A stretch of 64,000 nt of DNA from Verrucomicrobiales bacterium. Lineage in GTDB: Bacteria > Verrucomicrobiota > Verrucomicrobiia > Limisphaerales > J093. This document shows, piece after piece, positions 61,207-64,000 of this stretch. The translations under genes were made by a program, and so were the position numbers. The stretch spans positions 53,067-117,066 of the forward strand of contig JACKPW010000009.1 in assembly GCA_024233215.1 (NCBI GenBank). The letters are read 5' to 3'. The notes beneath the pieces were generated by a model, which was not told where the DNA came from, searched no databases, and was given only the letters and a program-made list of their open reading frames with translations. Every line of letters starts with the position of its first letter. Within the stretch, counting starts at the first letter, position 1.

Positions 61207-62720
61207 GCGGGTCCACGGTCCAGTTGCTTCCGTTGGGCAGAACGCTCGTCCTGCCGCAGGGGGCGGCCTTGCGGGAGGCGTTGTTCGAGTTTGGGGTGGA
61301 GTTTCCCTGCGGGGGACGCGGCCGGTGCAAGGGTTGTCGGTTGCGCGTCCTGGCCGGGGACCTTGCGATCACGGCCGATGATCGCCAGCGTCTCAGTCCC
61401 GTCGAGCTTGCCGCCGGCTGGAGGCTGGCCTGCCAGGCGCGGGTGAGTGGGGATCTGACCCTGGAGATCGCGCAATGGGAGGCCGCGGTGCTCGGGGACC
61501 AATCCCGGATCACGTTCCAACCCCGCCCGGGATTGGGTGTGGCGGTCGACCTGGGTACGACCACCCTGGCGGTGCAGTTGCTCGATCTGGCCACGGGCAA
61601 CGTGCTCGCGGTCGCCACGGCGATGAACGCCCAGGCAGTCCACGGAGCCGACGTGATGAGCCGGATTCACTTTGCCGTGCATGAGAACGGGGCCGGCCGG
61701 TTGCACGACTTGATCCGTCGTCAGATCGGCGGGCTGATTGCCGGATTGCGCCAGGAGGCGGCGCGCGACGAAGCGATCGTTGAAGTGGTTCTCGTCGGAA
61801 ACACGGCGATGCAACTGCTTTTCTGCGGCCGGGACGTACACCCGCTGGCGCAGGCACCGTTTGAGTCGGACGAACTGGACGAAGCCTGTTTCACCGGAGC
61901 CGAACTGGGCTGGTCCGTCACGGCGGAGGCGGTGGTGCGTTTTCTCCCGAGCCTGGGCGGATTTGTTGGGAGTGATCTCCTGGCGGGAATCCTGGCAACG
62001 GGTCTGGCGGAGGTGAAATCGCTCAGCGCCTTGATCGATCTCGGGACGAACGGAGAGATCATTGTCACGAACGGGGGGCGGGTGCTGTGTGCGTCGACCG
62101 CGGCCGGGCCCGCGTTTGAAGGGGCGCGGATCAGCATGGGGATGCGGGCGGCGACCGGCGCGATTTCCGAGGTGACGGTGCGGGAGGGAAGCCTGGTGTG
62201 TCGGGTGCTGGGCGGTGGTGAGCCCCGGGGCATTTGCGGCAGCGGGCTCGTGGATGCCGTGGCTTGCGGGCTGGAGTTGGGCTGGATCACGTCGACCGGG
62301 CGTCCGGCTTCCGGTGAGGCCGTTCTGCTGGCGGGGGACGTGGAGTTGGCGCCCCGGGACATCCGCGAACTCCAACTGGCGAAGGGCGCCATCACCGCCG
62401 GGCTTCGGCTGATGGTGGAGCAGTTGGGATTCACGCCTGGCGCGCTGGAACGGGTCCATCTGGCCGGGGCGTTCGGAAATTACATCAGCCGGGCCAATGC
62501 CCGGCGAATCGGCCTGCTGCCGTTTCCGCCCGAGCAGATCGAGCCGGCCGGCAACACTGCGTTGCTCGGGGCAAAGATGGTGCTCCTCCGCACAGTTGAC
62601 TTCAGCACCTTCTGGGAGGAACTGCGCCCGCGTGTTGAGCATGTTCCATTGAACGAGGACCCCCGGTTCCACGAGGTCTACGTCGAGGAAATGGGGTTCC
62701 CGTCGCAGCGTCTTTCGTAG
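61200..62720 (+). CDS. 2Fe-2S ferredoxin domain fused to an ASKHA-fold ATPase (DUF4445; corrinoid-reductive-activase/RACo-like)
   Basis: N-terminal CGGRGRCKGCRL...LACQA Cys pattern. ASKHA phosphate motifs VAVDLGTTTLAV and LIDLGTNGEIIV. GICGSGLVD. Confidence 0.8.
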   Translation: MVSGSTVQLLPLGRTLVLPQGAALREALFEFGVEFPCGGRGRCKGCRLRVLAGDLAITADDRQRLSPVELAAGWRLACQARVSGDLTLEIAQWEAAVLGDQSRITFQPRPGLGVAVDLGTTTLAVQLLDLATGNVLAVATAMNAQAVHGADVMSRIHFAVHENGAGRLHDLIRRQIGGLIAGLRQEAARDEAIVEVVLVGNTAMQLLFCGRDVHPLAQAPFESDELDEACFTGAELGWSVTAEAVVRFLPSLGGFVGSDLLAGILATGLAEVKSLSALIDLGTNGEIIVTNGGRVLCASTAAGPAFEGARISMGMRAATGAISEVTVREGSLVCRVLGGGEPRGICGSGLVDAVACGLELGWITSTGRPASGEAVLLAGDVELAPRDIRELQLAKGAITAGLRLMVEQLGFTPGALERVHLAGAFGNYISRANARRIGLLPFPPEQIEPAGNTALLGAKMVLLRTVDFSTFWEELRPRVEHVPLNEDPRFHEVYVEEMGFPSQRLS

Positions 62721-62726
62721 CGGAGA

Positions 62727-62822
62727 TATCCGATCTGCTGTATCGCGGGTATCCGACCCGCAGTCCTTGGAAGAGTCCGGACTCTCTGCCGAATGGAATT
62801 CGGCGATACAGCAGATCAGATA
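62727..62822. repeat. 96-nt hairpin element (REP-like) with a perfect 15-bp stem and an internal 12-nt palindrome
   Basis: GATCTGCTGTATCGC (62732-62746) pairs perfectly with GCGATACAGCAGATC (62803-62817). Four more pairs follow one mismatch. The palindrome GAGTCCGGACTC lies at 62773-62784. Confidence 0.85.
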
Positions 62823-62943
62823 ACTGCGCTACAAGCAGTTGCGCGTTCATGTCGGATCGTGTGTGGAATATCCGGGCCAAAGCCGGGTTGCTTTTGTTGT
62901 GCGGTTGGTGTGCACTCCGGTCGCAGCCAACCCGGAAACAAAG

Positions 62944-63678
62944 GTGAGAATCGAACTGCGAACCGTCAGCAAGTCCTACGGGCGGACGCGCGCCCTGGAC
63001 CGGGTGTCGTGTGAAATCGAACCCGGCCAGCTGGTGGCGGTGCTCGGGGCGAATGGCGCCGGCAAGAGCACGTTGCTGCGATGCCTCTCCACGGTGATCG
63101 GAGCCGACAAGGGCACGATCCTCTGCGACGGACAACCGCTGCGCCGTGACCGGTTGGACCTGCGCCGGCGCATGCTGTTTCTACCCGACTTCCCGCTGGT
63201 GTACGGCGGTTACAGTGTCATCCGCCATCTTGGCATGTTGTTCCGCGTGTATGAGGCGGAGACCACCGGGGTGGAGGACCGCGCGGTGGCGGTGTTGCGT
63301 GATCTCGATCTGTTGCCGCTGGCCAACCGTCCGGTGGCGACGTTGTCGCGCGGGCAGGCCTACAAGGCCGCCCTGGCAGGCCTGCTCACCCTCGACCCGG
63401 AGGTCTGGTTGCTGGACGAACCGTTCGCTTCTGGGATGGATCCGCACGGCATCCAGGCGTTTCGCGATCACGCCACCGAAGCCGTCCGCCGGGGGCGCAC
63501 CATTCTCTACACCACCCAGATTCTCGATGTGGTGGAACGGTTTGCCGACCGGGTGATGGTGTTGCACGAGGGGGAACTGCGGGCGTGGGATACGATGGCC
63601 CAACTGCGTGAACAGGGCCGGGGCGAGACGGATCCGCTGGAGCATATCTTCCGGCAACTGCGCAGCGAAAGCGTCTGA
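62944..63678 (+). CDS. ABC transporter ATP-binding protein
   Basis: Walker A GANGAGKSTLL; signature LSRGQAYK; Walker B WLLDEPFASGMD. GTG 62944 chosen (VRIELRTVSKSYG). Confidence 0.88.
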   Translation: MRIELRTVSKSYGRTRALDRVSCEIEPGQLVAVLGANGAGKSTLLRCLSTVIGADKGTILCDGQPLRRDRLDLRRRMLFLPDFPLVYGGYSVIRHLGMLFRVYEAETTGVEDRAVAVLRDLDLLPLANRPVATLSRGQAYKAALAGLLTLDPEVWLLDEPFASGMDPHGIQAFRDHATEAVRRGRTILYTTQILDVVERFADRVMVLHEGELRAWDTMAQLREQGRGETDPLEHIFRQLRSESV

Positions 63679-63688
63679 TCTCTGCGTC

Positions 63689-64000
63689 ATGACCCTCAGA
63701 CTGCCAGCCTTTGAGAAAGCTCTGCGCCGGCGGGTGCGGGCGGAGGTGCGGAAGTCCAGGGTGCTGCGCCGGCAGGCGAGGCGGGCGCGGCGGAGGTGGT
63801 GGTTAAACCCGGCGTGGCTCGCGTTCGGCTATGGGGCATTCCTGATTGGCGCCCTGGTGACGAAGATCGCGCCCGCCGGCCACGAATTTGCCGCGCGGAT
63901 GGCGGTGGTCTGCCTTTGGTTCCTGGGGACGCTCGCCACAAACTCGGCAGCGCTCGCAGCGACGCTGGGCGATGGTGCCCGGAATTGGTGCCTGCAGCTG
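63689..64000 (+). CDS. 5' part of a membrane protein gene (likely the ABC-associated permease/accessory component); continues beyond the window
   Basis: ATG 63689 is 11 nt after the ABC ATPase stop. MTLRLPAFEKALRRRVRAEVRK... followed by the hydrophobic AWLAFGYGAFLIGALV. Open to the window end. Confidence 0.5.
   Translation, partial: MTLRLPAFEKALRRRVRAEVRKSRVLRRQARRARRRWWLNPAWLAFGYGAFLIGALVTKIAPAGHEFAARMAVVCLWFLGTLATNSAALAATLGDGARNWCLQL

Noticed and set aside
61011-62672. 553-aa ORF antisense to the ferredoxin-ASKHA gene
   Set aside because: The + strand carries the ASKHA phosphate motifs and the ferredoxin Cys pattern. The antisense product is R/P/G/Q-rich.

Overview
This is a 64-kb, high-G+C, gene-dense chromosomal segment. 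I support about 45 protein-coding genes and one tRNA-Ala(GGC). I recognise no rRNA, CRISPR array, transposase or integrase. The gene content suggests a Verrucomicrobiota/PVC-type organism (inference only): sulfatases, DUF1080 and GH-like exoproteins, a Tat-signal Gfo/Idh/MocA oxidoreductase, a DUF1559-type pseudopilin, PEP-CTERM and VPDSG-CTERM sorting tags, and giant Ig-like and LTD/CotH surface proteins. Housekeeping anchors are recG, mnmE, trpS, a UDP-glucuronate decarboxylase, an msrC-like GAF protein and a ROK glucokinase. Many long ORFs in the supplied track are alternative-frame or antisense high-GC artefacts and were rejected, and several N-terminal extensions were trimmed. The best candidate for an undescribed system is a stand-alone 993-aa LRR-Roc-COR (ROCO) GTPase at 39892-42873. 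It has visibly lower G+C than its neighbours, is bracketed by structured non-coding DNA, and ends in about 250 aa I cannot assign that contain a hydrophobic helix. Other points of interest:
- a radical-SAM gene joined by an ATGA overlap to a truncated esterase, next to an AT-rich islet
- a tight four-gene unit of two non-canonical thymidylate-kinase-like genes, a ROK kinase and a GH29-like gene
- a decayed Phd/YefM-VapC module
- three tandem CNNM/CorC paralogues
- an orphan promoter-to-terminator unit
- several families of intergenic repeats (GAT-phased heptad arrays, a 29-nt 9-mer-based repeat, two long near-perfect hairpin elements, G4/i-motif tracts)
All functional calls rest on motif recognition by eye. 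No database search, folding or statistics were run.
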